Below, in pieces: positions 38,960 through 49,788 of a stretch of 64,000 nucleotides of DNA; the first letter of the stretch is position 1; each line of letters starts with the position of its first letter. Origin of the DNA: a virus. Its lineage: Duplodnaviria; Heunggongvirae; Uroviricota; Caudoviricetes. The DNA is taken from IMG/VR virus record IMGVR_UViG_3300013126_000009, one strand, 5' to 3'. Below the pieces are notes generated by a model, which was not told where the DNA came from, did no database searches, and saw only the letters and a program-made list of their open reading frames with translations. The position numbers were made by a program, and so were the translations under genes.

Positions 38960-39948
38960 ACAATTTCTTTATTTTTACTTAATTTTTCCATCCAATAATC
39001 AATCATTTCATCTAACATTGAATAGAAATTATATTCTAATGTCCAACCTAATTCAGTTTGTGCTTTTTTTGAATCACCTCTAAGGTAATGTAATTCTTCA
39101 GCACGTTCAAATTTTTTATCTGTTTTTAAATAAGTTTTTTTATCTAATTTTAATTTACCAAATACATAATCAACTAATTCACCAACAGTTCTAGATTCAC
39201 CAGTAGCTAAAACGTAATCATCTGGTGTTTCTTGCTGCAACATTAACCACATACCCCTAACATAATCTTTTGCATGACCCCAATCTCTCATAGCATCTAA
39301 ATTACCTAAAACTAGTTTGTCAGATAGTCCTAATTTTATTTTAACCGCTTCTAAAACAACTTTATTAGTAACAAAGTTAACCCCCCTCCTAGGACTTTCA
39401 TGGTTAAATAAAATACCAGAACAAATAAACATATTATATGCGTTTCTATAATTATGACATAAACTATGTGCGTAAAGTTTACTACACCCATAAGGAGAAA
39501 CTGGTATTAGTGGTGTGGTTTCTCTTTGGAATTTATCTTCGTCATAAGAGTTACCAAACATTTCTGATGTGGCTGCATGATAAACTTTAGATTGTGGTGA
39601 GAATTTTCTAACCGCCTCTAATACAGCTAATGTACCACCAGCATTAACATCTAATGTATATTTAGGTAATTCAAAACTAATTTGTACGTGACTCTGAGCG
39701 GCTAAATGATAAATTTCATCTGGTTTTAAGTTACTTATAATTGATTCAACGCTTATGGTATCAGTTAAATCCATGTAATGTAAATTAATCAACTTCTTAA
39801 TACGTAAATGTTCTATTCTACTTGTTTGTGATTCTGGTACAGAATTTCTTCTGATAGTACCATGCACTTCATAATTTTTTTCTATTAGTAATTCAGCTAA
39901 ATAGGAAGCGTCTTGTCCATTAGCACCAATAATTAACGCTTTTTTCAT
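38944..39948 (-). CDS. gmd: GDP-mannose 4,6-dehydratase
   Basis: GANGQDASYL, LAAQSHV, SEMFG, SPYGCSK, FNHESPRRG, RDWGHAKDYV. Confidence 0.95.
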   Translation of the reverse strand: MKKALIIGANGQDASYLAELLIEKNYEVHGTIRRNSVPESQTSRIEHLRIKKLINLHYMDLTDTISVESIISNLKPDEIYHLAAQSHVQISFELPKYTLDVNAGGTLAVLEAVRKFSPQSKVYHAATSEMFGNSYDEDKFQRETTPLIPVSPYGCSKLYAHSLCHNYRNAYNMFICSGILFNHESPRRGVNFVTNKVVLEAVKIKLGLSDKLVLGNLDAMRDWGHAKDYVRGMWLMLQQETPDDYVLATGESRTVGELVDYVFGKLKLDKKTYLKTDKKFERAEELHYLRGDSKKAQTELGWTLEYNFYSMLDEMIDYWMEKLSKNKEIVWGDF

Positions 39949-39951
39949 TAT

Positions 39952-41124
39952 TTATTTATTTAAAACTTTATTAATAATTTCACACACAAACGTAACTTCT
40001 TCTTCAGTCATTTCATGGTTGTTAGGTAAATATAATCCTTTATTATGTAACCAATCAGCATTTGGTGTTTTATAATTTTTAAATCGTTCATACCAGAATG
40101 GTTGTTGGTTTATTGACCCACAAATTAAAGGTCTACATTCAATATTATTCATTTCTAATTCACTAACCAATTCGTCAATTTTATCACTAATTATAGGATA
40201 AGCAAAATTAGATGTAAAGGAATTTTCTCTTGGTGAAATCTTCCATTCGTTATTATCAATTAGTTTATGATACAACTGATAATTTCTTTCCCTTATTTTA
40301 ACAATATCATCTATTTTATTCATTTGCTGAATACCTAAAAATGCTTGTAAATCGGTAGAACGTAAATTAAAACCTGGATGATAAAATGTATATAAAGCCC
40401 TAAAATCAGATACTTTATATTTTGTTCTTAATTCTTTTTTCTTATATTCTGGTAAGTCTCTGTCCCACCCATGACTTCGTATTGATAGTAATAAATGATA
40501 TAGTTCTTCATCATTAGTAGAAATCATCCCACCTTCTATTGTTGATATGTGATGACCAAAATAAAAAGAGAAGCTTCCCATATCACCAATAGAACCTAAT
40601 TTTTTACCATCATACATAGAACCTATCGACTCACACGTATCTTCAATGATAATAATATTGTTTTCCTCACATAATTTAACGATTTCATCCATATCATTTG
40701 AAAACCCTAACGCATGAACTAAAATTAAACTAGACGGTTTTTCTTTTTTAATGATTTGTTTTAGATTTTCAATATCTAAACCTAAATTATCTTTATTACA
40801 ATCACATAGGATTGGTTCTAACCCTAACTGAATTGCTGGTGATACTGTTGTTACCCAAGAAACTGCTGGTACAATAATTTTATTATTTTTCAATCGACCA
40901 GATAATATTAAAACGTAAATTGCAGCTAAATTAGCTGAAGAACCAGAGTTAACATAAACAGAATATTTTACATCTAACCATTCAGACCAAAGTTTTTCTA
41001 ATTCGATTGTTAATTCACCTTTAGTTAATCTAGGGTTGGTTTCTAACCAGCTAATTAATTTTTTAATATCGTCAAAATTTATAGTGTCTTTTACTAAACT
41101 TATTTTATCTCTTTTTGATATCAT
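39952..41124 (-). CDS. DegT-family enzyme, ColD-like GDP-4-keto-6-deoxymannose 3-dehydratase
   Basis: VNSGSSANL, EDTCES, SFYFGHHISTIEGG (His at the usual PLP Lys), RSHGW, GFNLR. Confidence 0.8.
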   Translation of the reverse strand: MISKRDKISLVKDTINFDDIKKLISWLETNPRLTKGELTIELEKLWSEWLDVKYSVYVNSGSSANLAAIYVLILSGRLKNNKIIVPAVSWVTTVSPAIQLGLEPILCDCNKDNLGLDIENLKQIIKKEKPSSLILVHALGFSNDMDEIVKLCEENNIIIIEDTCESIGSMYDGKKLGSIGDMGSFSFYFGHHISTIEGGMISTNDEELYHLLLSIRSHGWDRDLPEYKKKELRTKYKVSDFRALYTFYHPGFNLRSTDLQAFLGIQQMNKIDDIVKIRERNYQLYHKLIDNNEWKISPRENSFTSNFAYPIISDKIDELVSELEMNNIECRPLICGSINQQPFWYERFKNYKTPNADWLHNKGLYLPNNHEMTEEEVTFVCEIINKVLNK

Positions 41125-41878
41125 CTAATGTATCTTTAATTAAATCATTATATTTAATTTCGGTGTCTAACCAAAAACTATTATTTTTATGCGGTGAACT
41201 ATTTGTTTTATCTTCAATTACATAATCTTCATATTTTAACCCACTTAATGAATAAAGATTTTTAATAAAATCTTTTAAATTAATTAAAACACCAGAAGCG
41301 ATTATCATGTCTTTATCACATTTAAGTGATTCATTAGCCAAAAATTTGGTATGAATTAAATCTCGATTTATATCTAAATCCCCAACCGTTATTTTATGTT
41401 TATTTATTATAGAATCAAAAATCTTGCTAAATAAAAAACCTTCTTTTCTATTTGTTGAATTAAAGTTAGTTGGGTGTATCATGAAAACATTTGACCACTC
41501 ACCTTTAGTTCTTTTTTCTAATAATAGATAATATAATAATTCTTTAGATTTGATATATGGTGAATAATTATATTTTATTGGTGTTTTTAATGTTACGGGA
41601 CCATTATGGCCATTCCATAGTTCAAAAGTTCCATAAATTATTATTTTCTTATTAAACTTACATATGATATCTATTATTTCACTGGTGTATTTAACATTAA
41701 CATTAATAAAATCTTCTTCGGTTAAATTTTTATTAAACGTTCTTTGTTCTGCAAATGTAATATAAACAACATCATAACCTTTGATTTTTTCAACATCAAT
41801 ATTTCTAGAAGAGATTTTGACAAAATCTTCTGGGAAGAAGGTACCTAATTGTGATGTGTTACCAATTACTAAATTCAT
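41105..41878 (-). CDS. NAD-dependent epimerase/dehydratase-like protein
   Basis: IGNTSQLG, SPYIKSK, RDLIH. Confidence 0.65.
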   Translation of the reverse strand: MNLVIGNTSQLGTFFPEDFVKISSRNIDVEKIKGYDVVYITFAEQRTFNKNLTEEDFINVNVKYTSEIIDIICKFNKKIIIYGTFELWNGHNGPVTLKTPIKYNYSPYIKSKELLYYLLLEKRTKGEWSNVFMIHPTNFNSTNRKEGFLFSKIFDSIINKHKITVGDLDINRDLIHTKFLANESLKCDKDMIIASGVLINLKDFIKNLYSLSGLKYEDYVIEDKTNSSPHKNNSFWLDTEIKYNDLIKDTLDDIKKR

Positions 41879-42237
41879 TACGTTTGAAAACCTTTATATA
41901 ATTTAACTGAATCTTCAACTAAACGTTTTTCAGTTAAAATAGCGTTATCAATCAACCTATTAACAGCTTCAACGTATTTAGGTCTTTTTTGTTTAAAACA
42001 AACATCAATTTTACGTTTTAATTCAGCAACTTCCTCATCAGATTTAGCTTCTGAAATCGCATCCTCTAAATACCACATACGGCAGTGTAAAATGGCTAAT
42101 TTTTCTATAATTTCTCCGATATTGTCGGTTTCAATTAAATCATTGGGTAATTCGACATTTTTATTTTTGTTTAAAACTTCATGCACAGTATTTTTTATAA
42201 CTGCTTCAATACTGTTTCCAATATGTTTGTTTTCCAT
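41878..42237 (-). CDS. DUF4254-like helical protein
   Basis: GEIIEKLAIL..MWYLED..KRKID...KR. Confidence 0.5.
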   Translation of the reverse strand: MENKHIGNSIEAVIKNTVHEVLNKNKNVELPNDLIETDNIGEIIEKLAILHCRMWYLEDAISEAKSDEEVAELKRKIDVCFKQKRPKYVEAVNRLIDNAILTEKRLVEDSVKLYKGFQT

Positions 42238-42920
42238 TATTTTAACTTTATAAAATTGTTATACCCTTTACTGTCCAATAAATAAGAATAATTCCTAACA
42301 TATTCATGTAAGAAAAATTTAGGTTTATCAAACTTAAAAGAGTTAATTAAATCTTTTATCGATGATTGCATAACATGAACTTCTTCAGCGTTTTCAATCA
42401 ATGAAATACAATGAAATAAAGGTATAGAATTGTCATTGTATATTTTTTTATATTCTGATGTTATTCTATGTTCGTCAATTTTAAAACCTCTAGATATATC
42501 ATCATGAATGAAAATATATTTTTCATTAGTCGGGTTTAGTCTATTTAGAATTTCTTTTTCTTTATCATGTTCACGCTCTAAATAAAATTTATCTAATCTA
42601 ACACTAAAATCTAATCCAGCTATTTTATAAAATGCTTCATCAAAAGTTAATGGGTTCATAAATTCTGGTAATCGATTAAAACCAACTTTTATTTTATTAA
42701 TATCTGGAGATAAAGAATTTAATATTGAGTCGGCCTCAAAGTCACTTTTAACTGAGATTAATTCAAAATTAAATAAGTCTCTGTACATGTACTGTACATT
42801 TTTAATGTTATGTTCATAACAAAATAATTTAACGTGGCCATATTGTTTATGAAAATGTCTAACCATTCCATTACAAATTATGTGGTCACCTAAACCTAAA
42901 TGATGATAAATATAAATCAT
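42237..42920 (-). CDS. putative GT-B glycosyltransferase
   Basis: HHLGLGDHII, YIFIHD, IENAEEVHVMQSS. Confidence 0.55.
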   Translation of the reverse strand: MIYIYHHLGLGDHIICNGMVRHFHKQYGHVKLFCYEHNIKNVQYMYRDLFNFELISVKSDFEADSILNSLSPDINKIKVGFNRLPEFMNPLTFDEAFYKIAGLDFSVRLDKFYLEREHDKEKEILNRLNPTNEKYIFIHDDISRGFKIDEHRITSEYKKIYNDNSIPLFHCISLIENAEEVHVMQSSIKDLINSFKFDKPKFFLHEYVRNYSYLLDSKGYNNFIKLK

Positions 42921-43690
42921 ATATTGTTTAAAATTTTAAACCCTTTAATCTTATCAAAACCCATAATCATAGCTAAATAACCTACGTTTGAGTACGTATA
43001 GCAAAGATACGAAGAGTTCTTTAAAAAGTAAACATCTTTTAATACCTCTAAATTAGATTTATTTCTATCATTAGTGAAATGTATAGGTTTAGAATCAAAA
43101 CTAAAGGTGTTTGATTCATTTATTATAACCATATCGTTACCGTATTTAGTTTTTATTAAATTAACATATTTAATGTCATCTGTAGCTAAAAATAGTTTTT
43201 TTAGGTTAGTTTCATTTAATGCTGCGTCAATACCCTCAATTATTTTTCCGTATGGTATTTCTTTAATTTCATTTTTTTTATCAGTACCTCTTACTTGAAC
43301 GCCTAAATATTCTTCATTATTAAATAATAGTCTAAGCTCCTTATCAAAGATTTCTAAAATTTCTGGCTTAATCTTTAGTATTTTATTTAAAACGTTGTTT
43401 TTGGTTTTAAGACTATCATAATTAGGTATAGTGTGAGCATTAAAACTATTATCGATTTGTCCATTGAAAAAATTTTCTAAAAATAAGACACCAGCTTCAT
43501 ATGTTTCACCTATTGGACTATTTAAATTGTTAAATAATTTTAAAATTTGTGGGTCTTCAACGATAACATTAAAGTCGCCATGTGTTTTATTGTGTAATGT
43601 AGCAATATCTATTACTTGGTTTATTATAGAACAAAAACCTTTAGAACTATAGTGATACCTATAATCATTCAAGTTAATTTTACCTAACAT
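42917..43690 (-). CDS. NodZ/GT23-like fucosyltransferase
   Basis: GVQVRGTDK, LFLATDD, DVYFL...SNVG. Confidence 0.75.
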   Translation of the reverse strand: MLGKINLNDYRYHYSSKGFCSIINQVIDIATLHNKTHGDFNVIVEDPQILKLFNNLNSPIGETYEAGVLFLENFFNGQIDNSFNAHTIPNYDSLKTKNNVLNKILKIKPEILEIFDKELRLLFNNEEYLGVQVRGTDKKNEIKEIPYGKIIEGIDAALNETNLKKLFLATDDIKYVNLIKTKYGNDMVIINESNTFSFDSKPIHFTNDRNKSNLEVLKDVYFLKNSSYLCYTYSNVGYLAMIMGFDKIKGFKILNNI

Positions 43691-44369
43691 ATCTAGCTCT
43701 TATTGGACTTCTTTGGTCACCTCTAGGTATATCATTTTCATCTATTGATTCACCTATAAAAGCAAAATCGTCTAATGCTCTATCACGTTTAATACTGGTA
43801 CCAATTCCTTCGTAATTATAATACTCATCATGTAAAAATAAATCATTAATAACAATCGGGTGAATAACATCTCTTAAAAAGCATTGGTCTATTGATTTGT
43901 CGGATTGTCTATAATTGTTTTGTAAATAATTAGCCATTAAATTAGAAAGGTTTGGTATAGAATTACCTTTAGCGCCCCACATTCCAGCATTAATAAGCCA
44001 ACCATGACCTATAGGGTGTTCTCTTATTACATGAAATGATTTTCCAGATTCAATCCATTCATTAACCGCGATTTCATCTCTTAAACTTATTCTAGAATCA
44101 CAATCTCTAGAAATAAAATATTCTATTTTATCGTCAATCATTGGTCTAAATCTCCATAAAGAGCCGAAAAAACCGTTTTCTTCAAAGGTATTAATTAATT
44201 TAACGTCTAATAACTTTAATTCTTCCAATATGTTTTTCGGTACTGTATCATTATGATAAACCCACATTTCCCAATCTTTAAAAAATTGTCTATGTAATTG
44301 TGCATTTTTTACGCAACCTACGGTGTATATCGGATTACCACCATATAATGAAAAACTTATAACTCTCAT
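43680..44369 (-). CDS. putative GT-A glycosyltransferase
   Basis: ISFSLYG, WRF, SRDCDSR, AGMWG, DQCFL. Confidence 0.6.
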   Translation of the reverse strand: MRVISFSLYGGNPIYTVGCVKNAQLHRQFFKDWEMWVYHNDTVPKNILEELKLLDVKLINTFEENGFFGSLWRFRPMIDDKIEYFISRDCDSRISLRDEIAVNEWIESGKSFHVIREHPIGHGWLINAGMWGAKGNSIPNLSNLMANYLQNNYRQSDKSIDQCFLRDVIHPIVINDLFLHDEYYNYEGIGTSIKRDRALDDFAFIGESIDENDIPRGDQRSPIRARYVR

Positions 44370-45076
44370 TTTAAATATTTTAAATTTTCTGGTAAAACAC
44401 CATTATTATACATGTTTATATTTTTATCATATATAACACTATCGTTAGGTTCATGTGTCGCTCTTTTAGGTGTAACTAAAGAACAAACCCTAATATCCAC
44501 TAATGATTTATGTTTAAAACCAAATTTGTGCGCTCGATGAGCCATATCGCCATCGGCATAGTAATATCTATAAGCATTATTATACATACCTATTTTTCTA
44601 AATATTTTTTTATTATATAAGCCATAATTCATAACTATTTCACCGTTATTTGGTGTGTTATCAACCAAACACCAACCACTTAAATAATTATCACCTTTTA
44701 ACCATTCAGTGTTGTTAACATCTTCTAAATTACCATATTTCCAATTGAATAGATAGAAATCGTTTTCATCATCAATTTCTTTAATTATTTCTTCCCAATC
44801 ATTAACCAATATAACATCATCATTCCATTGACAAACCCATTCATATGATGTGTTCTCTATCCCCAAATTCATGAAATGTGGGTAACTGCTTCTAGCACCG
44901 ACTTCAACTAGTTTAATTCTATCATTATTTAACGATTTAATGTATTCTAACGTACCATCATCGCTGCCACCATCTACTAAAACTAATTCTAATTTATCAT
45001 TATTTAAAACCGTGTTTTCTATTAATTTTGGTAAAAACGAGACTCTATTTAATGTCCCAGTAATAATACTTATCAT
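44366..45076 (-). CDS. GT2 glycosyltransferase
   Basis: LVDGGSDDGT, MNLGI, WNDD, YADGD. Confidence 0.85.
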   Translation of the reverse strand: MISIITGTLNRVSFLPKLIENTVLNNDKLELVLVDGGSDDGTLEYIKSLNNDRIKLVEVGARSSYPHFMNLGIENTSYEWVCQWNDDVILVNDWEEIIKEIDDENDFYLFNWKYGNLEDVNNTEWLKGDNYLSGWCLVDNTPNNGEIVMNYGLYNKKIFRKIGMYNNAYRYYYADGDMAHRAHKFGFKHKSLVDIRVCSLVTPKRATHEPNDSVIYDKNINMYNNGVLPENLKYLK

Positions 45077-45876
45077 TTTTTTAATATTTTATAAATTAAA
45101 TCATCAGCAACTAAATAGTTTTTAGCTAACTGGTAATTGTTATTAATATGCTCAATTTTACTATTATATAACTCTTCGGTTAAATAATTTTTTACATTTA
45201 ATAATTCATCAATATCATTAAATGTAATCATACCGTTAATATCAAAAAAATCACTTATTGACGGGCAACCCCAATAAATAGGTATCGTGCCAGTAATTAA
45301 ACAATCAATTAATTTCTCAGTGAAGTAATAATCACTTTTAGTGTTTTCAATAATAATACTGAATCTATAGGCTTTTAACGCTGTTATTTTATTCTCTATT
45401 GGGTTGTTGTAACCAAAAATATCTATCTCATTAAAAACATTACTAGAAACTATACTATGTCTTAATTTGTGACCTTCAGTATTTTTTTTTGCTGATAAAA
45501 TTATTGATAGATTCTTTGTTTTATTGTGTATTACTCTTTCCTCATCTTTTATCCAGCAACCACCTACTGGTATCAGAACAAATTTATCAGATAAATCTAA
45601 TAACTCTTTACTAAAAGTAAAAACGTTATCAAATTTATTATAGTTATTTTTAATAAATTCATAAGCATGTGGTGTTATTTTAGGTGATTCTAATAACCAA
45701 CCATATTTTTTAACACCTACAATACTATCAACCATAGTTAAACTATTATCAGTTAAAATAACATGGTCATCACCGATACCTCTAACCCATTCAAATAATT
45801 TTGGTTTATTATACCAACTACTAGAATGAGCGTGAGAAAATAAATTATCGATTATATATAATTTAGACTTTAACAT
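45073..45876 (-). CDS. GT10 alpha-1,3-fucosyltransferase-like protein
   Basis: YRFSIIIENTKSDYYFTEKLIDCLITGTIPIYWG. Confidence 0.85.
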   Translation of the reverse strand: MLKSKLYIIDNLFSHAHSSSWYNKPKLFEWVRGIGDDHVILTDNSLTMVDSIVGVKKYGWLLESPKITPHAYEFIKNNYNKFDNVFTFSKELLDLSDKFVLIPVGGCWIKDEERVIHNKTKNLSIILSAKKNTEGHKLRHSIVSSNVFNEIDIFGYNNPIENKITALKAYRFSIIIENTKSDYYFTEKLIDCLITGTIPIYWGCPSISDFFDINGMITFNDIDELLNVKNYLTEELYNSKIEHINNNYQLAKNYLVADDLIYKILKK

Positions 45877-46501
45877 AAAAAGCGTCCCCCCACGTATTAC
45901 CAGCCCAGTTAGTTTCAACTCTTTTAAAACCAAAAGTTGCTAAATAGTTATCTAACTCATCAACAAGAGCACATTGATGGTAAACTACGTCCCTATTAAC
46001 TTCTGTAAAAATGTAATCAATTTTATTTAATGTATTTTCAGCACCTTTAAAAACTTCCAATTCATACCCCTGTACGTCAATATTAATCATATTGTATTTA
46101 GGTGCTTGACCCATAAACCCATATGAATTAGATAGATTCATGAATCTATCTAATTTTGTTATTTCAACTTCAACCGTATCTTCGAATTTAATATGTGGAT
46201 ATTGTGATAAATGTAATGCTGGTTTAAGTATTGAGTTAGATTGACCTTGATTGGTTGTTTCTACATTCATTGTAATTTTACCTTCAGTGTTCCCTAAAGC
46301 TTTATTTATGAGTATCGCTTTACCGTTTAATTTTTCTTTTAATTTTTCAAAAGTTACTGGTACTGGCTCAAAGAAAATTAAGTCTTTAATTCCGTTCTCA
46401 ACATATAATTCATATTCTTCACCAAAATGCGCACCAATATGTAATACCCCTTCAATTTTTAAATTATATTTTTTAATTATGTCTTTTAAATTTAATAACA
46501 T
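45863..46501 (-). CDS. FkbM-family methyltransferase
   Basis: LHIGAHFG, FFEP, NIDVQGYELEVFKG. Confidence 0.85.
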   Translation of the reverse strand: MLLNLKDIIKKYNLKIEGVLHIGAHFGEEYELYVENGIKDLIFFEPVPVTFEKLKEKLNGKAILINKALGNTEGKITMNVETTNQGQSNSILKPALHLSQYPHIKFEDTVEVEITKLDRFMNLSNSYGFMGQAPKYNMINIDVQGYELEVFKGAENTLNKIDYIFTEVNRDVVYHQCALVDELDNYLATFGFKRVETNWAGNTWGDAFYVKV

Positions 46502-46502
46502 T

Positions 46503-47330
46503 TTAGTTAGTTTTAAAGATATATTTTATTTCTTTGTGCGGCCCATTTATATCTAAAAATTTAATAGAATTTAAATCGATAACTTGACCACTTAAAAATT
46601 TATCATTAAGTTCTTTTTCACTAATACCAAACTCTAATCCGTATCTATTGTTAAAAGTATCATTAACTAGGTTAACTGGTATACTAACTAATTTAGATTC
46701 AGTAAAAGATTTCATCATTTTAGGTATTGAATTAGTACCCACAAATCTCTGTAAAGACGCTTCTAAAGTATTTGGATTACTGAAATTAACCTCAGTTAAT
46801 AAATCTTTTATTAATTTTGTATTAAATATATGTCCGTCTGTTGAAAGGGGGTACCTAAAGTCGCCATTCTGTTGTTTAGTGTAATCAAACGTCATATATT
46901 CACCATCAATTTCATGTTCACCCAATTCATAATGTAAATTAGCTGGATGAGAGTAATTACAATTTTTACCCAACCGTAACGAAAATATTACATAATCTTC
47001 GACAACTGGTTTAATAATATCTATTTTCCTAGATAAAATTTGATTATAAACAACGGCATCATCAACCATAAAGGTTGTTGCTTCGATATTATCATCAATA
47101 AGCTGAAACAAGGTATTTTTAAAGTTTTTTTCATCACTAAAATAAACATTAAGGTGTTTATCAAAAACTTTTTGGTAGCCATGGAGGTATTCATCATTAT
47201 CTGTTTTATATAAAACACTAATTTTATCAAACAAAAGCGGTGCATTTTTTTTTAATGAATCTAATAAAAGATTTAATTGGGCAGCCCTGTTTTTAGAAAA
47301 TATAATTAATTGATTCTCGTATTTTTCCAT
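46503..47330 (-). CDS. putative GT-A glycosyltransferase
   Basis: IFSKNRAAQL, FMVDD, FSLRLG, YPLSTDG, PNTLE. Confidence 0.6.
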   Translation of the reverse strand: MEKYENQLIIFSKNRAAQLNLLLDSLKKNAPLLFDKISVLYKTDNDEYLHGYQKVFDKHLNVYFSDEKNFKNTLFQLIDDNIEATTFMVDDAVVYNQILSRKIDIIKPVVEDYVIFSLRLGKNCNYSHPANLHYELGEHEIDGEYMTFDYTKQQNGDFRYPLSTDGHIFNTKLIKDLLTEVNFSNPNTLEASLQRFVGTNSIPKMMKSFTESKLVSIPVNLVNDTFNNRYGLEFGISEKELNDKFLSGQVIDLNSIKFLDINGPHKEIKYIFKTN

Positions 47331-47953
47331 TAGTCCCTAAAATAATTTGAATAATCTACGTTACGATTCTGAATATCACTAAACCCAGCCGTTTGTTTAG
47401 CCATGTTAGGGTAAAAACCATAAACATTAAATCTGTTATGTAATTCAGCGTAATAAGCATCAACTTGCCTTTGTCTTTTTGGTAAAACTCTTTCTATTAT
47501 ATCAAACATACTACTATTAATTGCGACACATTGTAAAGCAACAGTAAAGTTTAGTTTAATAATTTTATCATTTATTAATTTAGGTGGTTGACCATAAACA
47601 TGGTTCCCACCAAAATAAATAAAATCCCAATCAGATGGTACCATTGACATATAGTCATCTAACTTTAATATCTCTTCGGTAAAATAAACATCATCTTCTA
47701 AAATTAAAACATTATTAAAACCGTTTTTTTTACATTTTTGTATTATACATAAATGTGATTCTAAAACACCTAACTCACCAGCTAATAACGATATATCGTT
47801 GGACATGATAGTCGCGCCATCAACAGCGGGAAATCTTTCCACTTCAGTAATACTAAATTTTTCAATTTCTTTTAAAAAAGATTTATATCTATCTGGTCGC
47901 CTATCTAAATTAATAACATAAATCGCATCGAAATATTTTTTTAAATTAACCAT
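47330..47953 (-). CDS. GT25-family glycosyltransferase
   Basis: YVINLDRRPDR, AVDG, GELG..SH, LILEDD. Confidence 0.85.
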   Translation of the reverse strand: MVNLKKYFDAIYVINLDRRPDRYKSFLKEIEKFSITEVERFPAVDGATIMSNDISLLAGELGVLESHLCIIQKCKKNGFNNVLILEDDVYFTEEILKLDDYMSMVPSDWDFIYFGGNHVYGQPPKLINDKIIKLNFTVALQCVAINSSMFDIIERVLPKRQRQVDAYYAELHNRFNVYGFYPNMAKQTAGFSDIQNRNVDYSNYFRD

Positions 47954-47974
47954 TTTTTTAAGTTTTTGTTCGTA

Positions 47975-49633
47975 TTAATATAGAATTAATTCATATCGTT
48001 GTTTAATTTCTTTAGCAACACAATCACTATTGAACTTATCAATATCTTCTGGTATATTATGTAAATTTTTACTTAAAATATTACCCGAAGAATCTACATC
48101 ATAAATCCAACCTTTTTTACCACACATCCAACCTTCAATTGTTGTTCTACCCAATAATATTCCAGCCGTTTCATCACATTGTTTTATATAATTCTCAACG
48201 TTATTTTGTGGGCCAAAATATTTTACATGTGATGTATCACCACCATATTCATTAAATATATCCGAAACTTTAACATCATTTTCTTTTCCAACTAACCAAA
48301 GTTCGTCATTAGATTCGGCTGTTGTTTTAATCAAGTCTATTATTGTATTTTTTCTAAGATAGTCTATTGTACCAACAAATAATATTCTTTTATTTTTCCA
48401 ATTTTTTTGACCGTTAGTTGGTTTGAACCTATTTGAATCTATTGGGTTATAAATTACCTCAATTTTTGATTCATTGATACCAAAACTATTTATTAGGAAG
48501 TCTTTGATTTCTGGCCTGATAGCGATGTATTTTTTTATCTTTTCACTTATTACAGGTTCTTCAAGATTTATAACCTCGGAATGTATAGTACAAATTGCCT
48601 CAATTTCAGGGTATAGTCTTAAAAAATGTTCGGTTATTGGTTTGTGATTTAAGTGCATTATATCAAAATTAACCTCAGACACCTTATATAGTTTACCCTT
48701 TTCGGACTTAACTAAACCTTGTGGTGTATTAACACCCCATTCACCGTCACCAAGTTTATAACCTGGTGGTTCAGATAGATTATATAACTTAATTCCCAAT
48801 TTCTTTGCTTTATCAACCATTGGTTGACCCAATTGGGAACATATTGTGACATTGCAGTTATTTTCGACCAAACCTTTAGCTAATTCATATACATACATTT
48901 CTGAACCAGTTAAATTAGCGAAACTAAGACAACTTATTAAAACATTCATCTTATTATGATTACTGAACGTCTTTTTTATTCTAACTGGTAAGTTATCTTG
49001 ATATTTCTTAGCAAATATTTGTCGATTATTTTCCCATTCATCATTCGTTTGTCCAATTGACATATGATTTATCAATATGTTTGTATGAACACCGATTTTT
49101 ACACCTTCCAAATAATTTCTAAAACAAAAATCAATATCATAAAAGTGAAAACCATTAACTGTCTGGTCAAAACCTTTCTTTATTCGTTTTTTATGTACCG
49201 AAAAGAATACACCGTCTACCGTGACAACATCTTCTATGCGATTACCTAAATCTTCACTATAAGAAGATAACCATTTTTTATCTTCATGTGTGTGGTAAAC
49301 TTTACCATACATACTTCTACGGTCTTCCCACCACCTACCAGTATCGGAAAGATATTTAGTGCCAGCAACCCCTAAAATACCATATTCAGGGTTTCTGTCA
49401 TATAATTTAACCAATTTTTTGGCCGCTTGCTTAGTTTCAATTAATATATCGTCATGTAAAAATACTACAATATCGTATTTCGATTCATCTAATCCCTTTT
49501 GATAGAATTTGGTTAAACTTTCACCTTTATTAACATACTCTAAAATCTCAACTTTAGGATGACCAAACATCTTCATTAGATGTTCAGAATGTTTAGGGTT
49601 CGGTTCTCTTGTACAATATACGATACTAATCAT
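47975..49633 (-). CDS. bifunctional GT2-like + GT4-like glycosyltransferase
   Basis: N-terminal FLHDD..GVAG..VDG..FHFYDID; C-terminal TGSEMYVYEL..IYNPID..GRTTIEG. Confidence 0.8.
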   Translation of the reverse strand: MISIVYCTREPNPKHSEHLMKMFGHPKVEILEYVNKGESLTKFYQKGLDESKYDIVVFLHDDILIETKQAAKKLVKLYDRNPEYGILGVAGTKYLSDTGRWWEDRRSMYGKVYHTHEDKKWLSSYSEDLGNRIEDVVTVDGVFFSVHKKRIKKGFDQTVNGFHFYDIDFCFRNYLEGVKIGVHTNILINHMSIGQTNDEWENNRQIFAKKYQDNLPVRIKKTFSNHNKMNVLISCLSFANLTGSEMYVYELAKGLVENNCNVTICSQLGQPMVDKAKKLGIKLYNLSEPPGYKLGDGEWGVNTPQGLVKSEKGKLYKVSEVNFDIMHLNHKPITEHFLRLYPEIEAICTIHSEVINLEEPVISEKIKKYIAIRPEIKDFLINSFGINESKIEVIYNPIDSNRFKPTNGQKNWKNKRILFVGTIDYLRKNTIIDLIKTTAESNDELWLVGKENDVKVSDIFNEYGGDTSHVKYFGPQNNVENYIKQCDETAGILLGRTTIEGWMCGKKGWIYDVDSSGNILSKNLHNIPEDIDKFNSDCVAKEIKQRYELILY

Positions 49634-49788
49634 TTCTTATTATTAACTAATTTTCTAATTTCATAACCTAAATCTTGGTCGTTTGGGTATTTCTTAACTA
49701 ATGTAACAATTTCTTCAAGATTAATTTTTTTAGTTAAAAGATATTCACGTTCTAAATCAGAATATGTTTCATTTGGTTTATTAATCAT
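49630..49788 (-). CDS. 52-aa hypothetical protein (below track cutoff)
   Basis: ...IVTLVKKYPNDQDLGYEIRKL; coupled to both neighbours. Confidence 0.55.
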   Translation of the reverse strand: MINKPNETYSDLEREYLLTKKINLEEIVTLVKKYPNDQDLGYEIRKLVNNKK

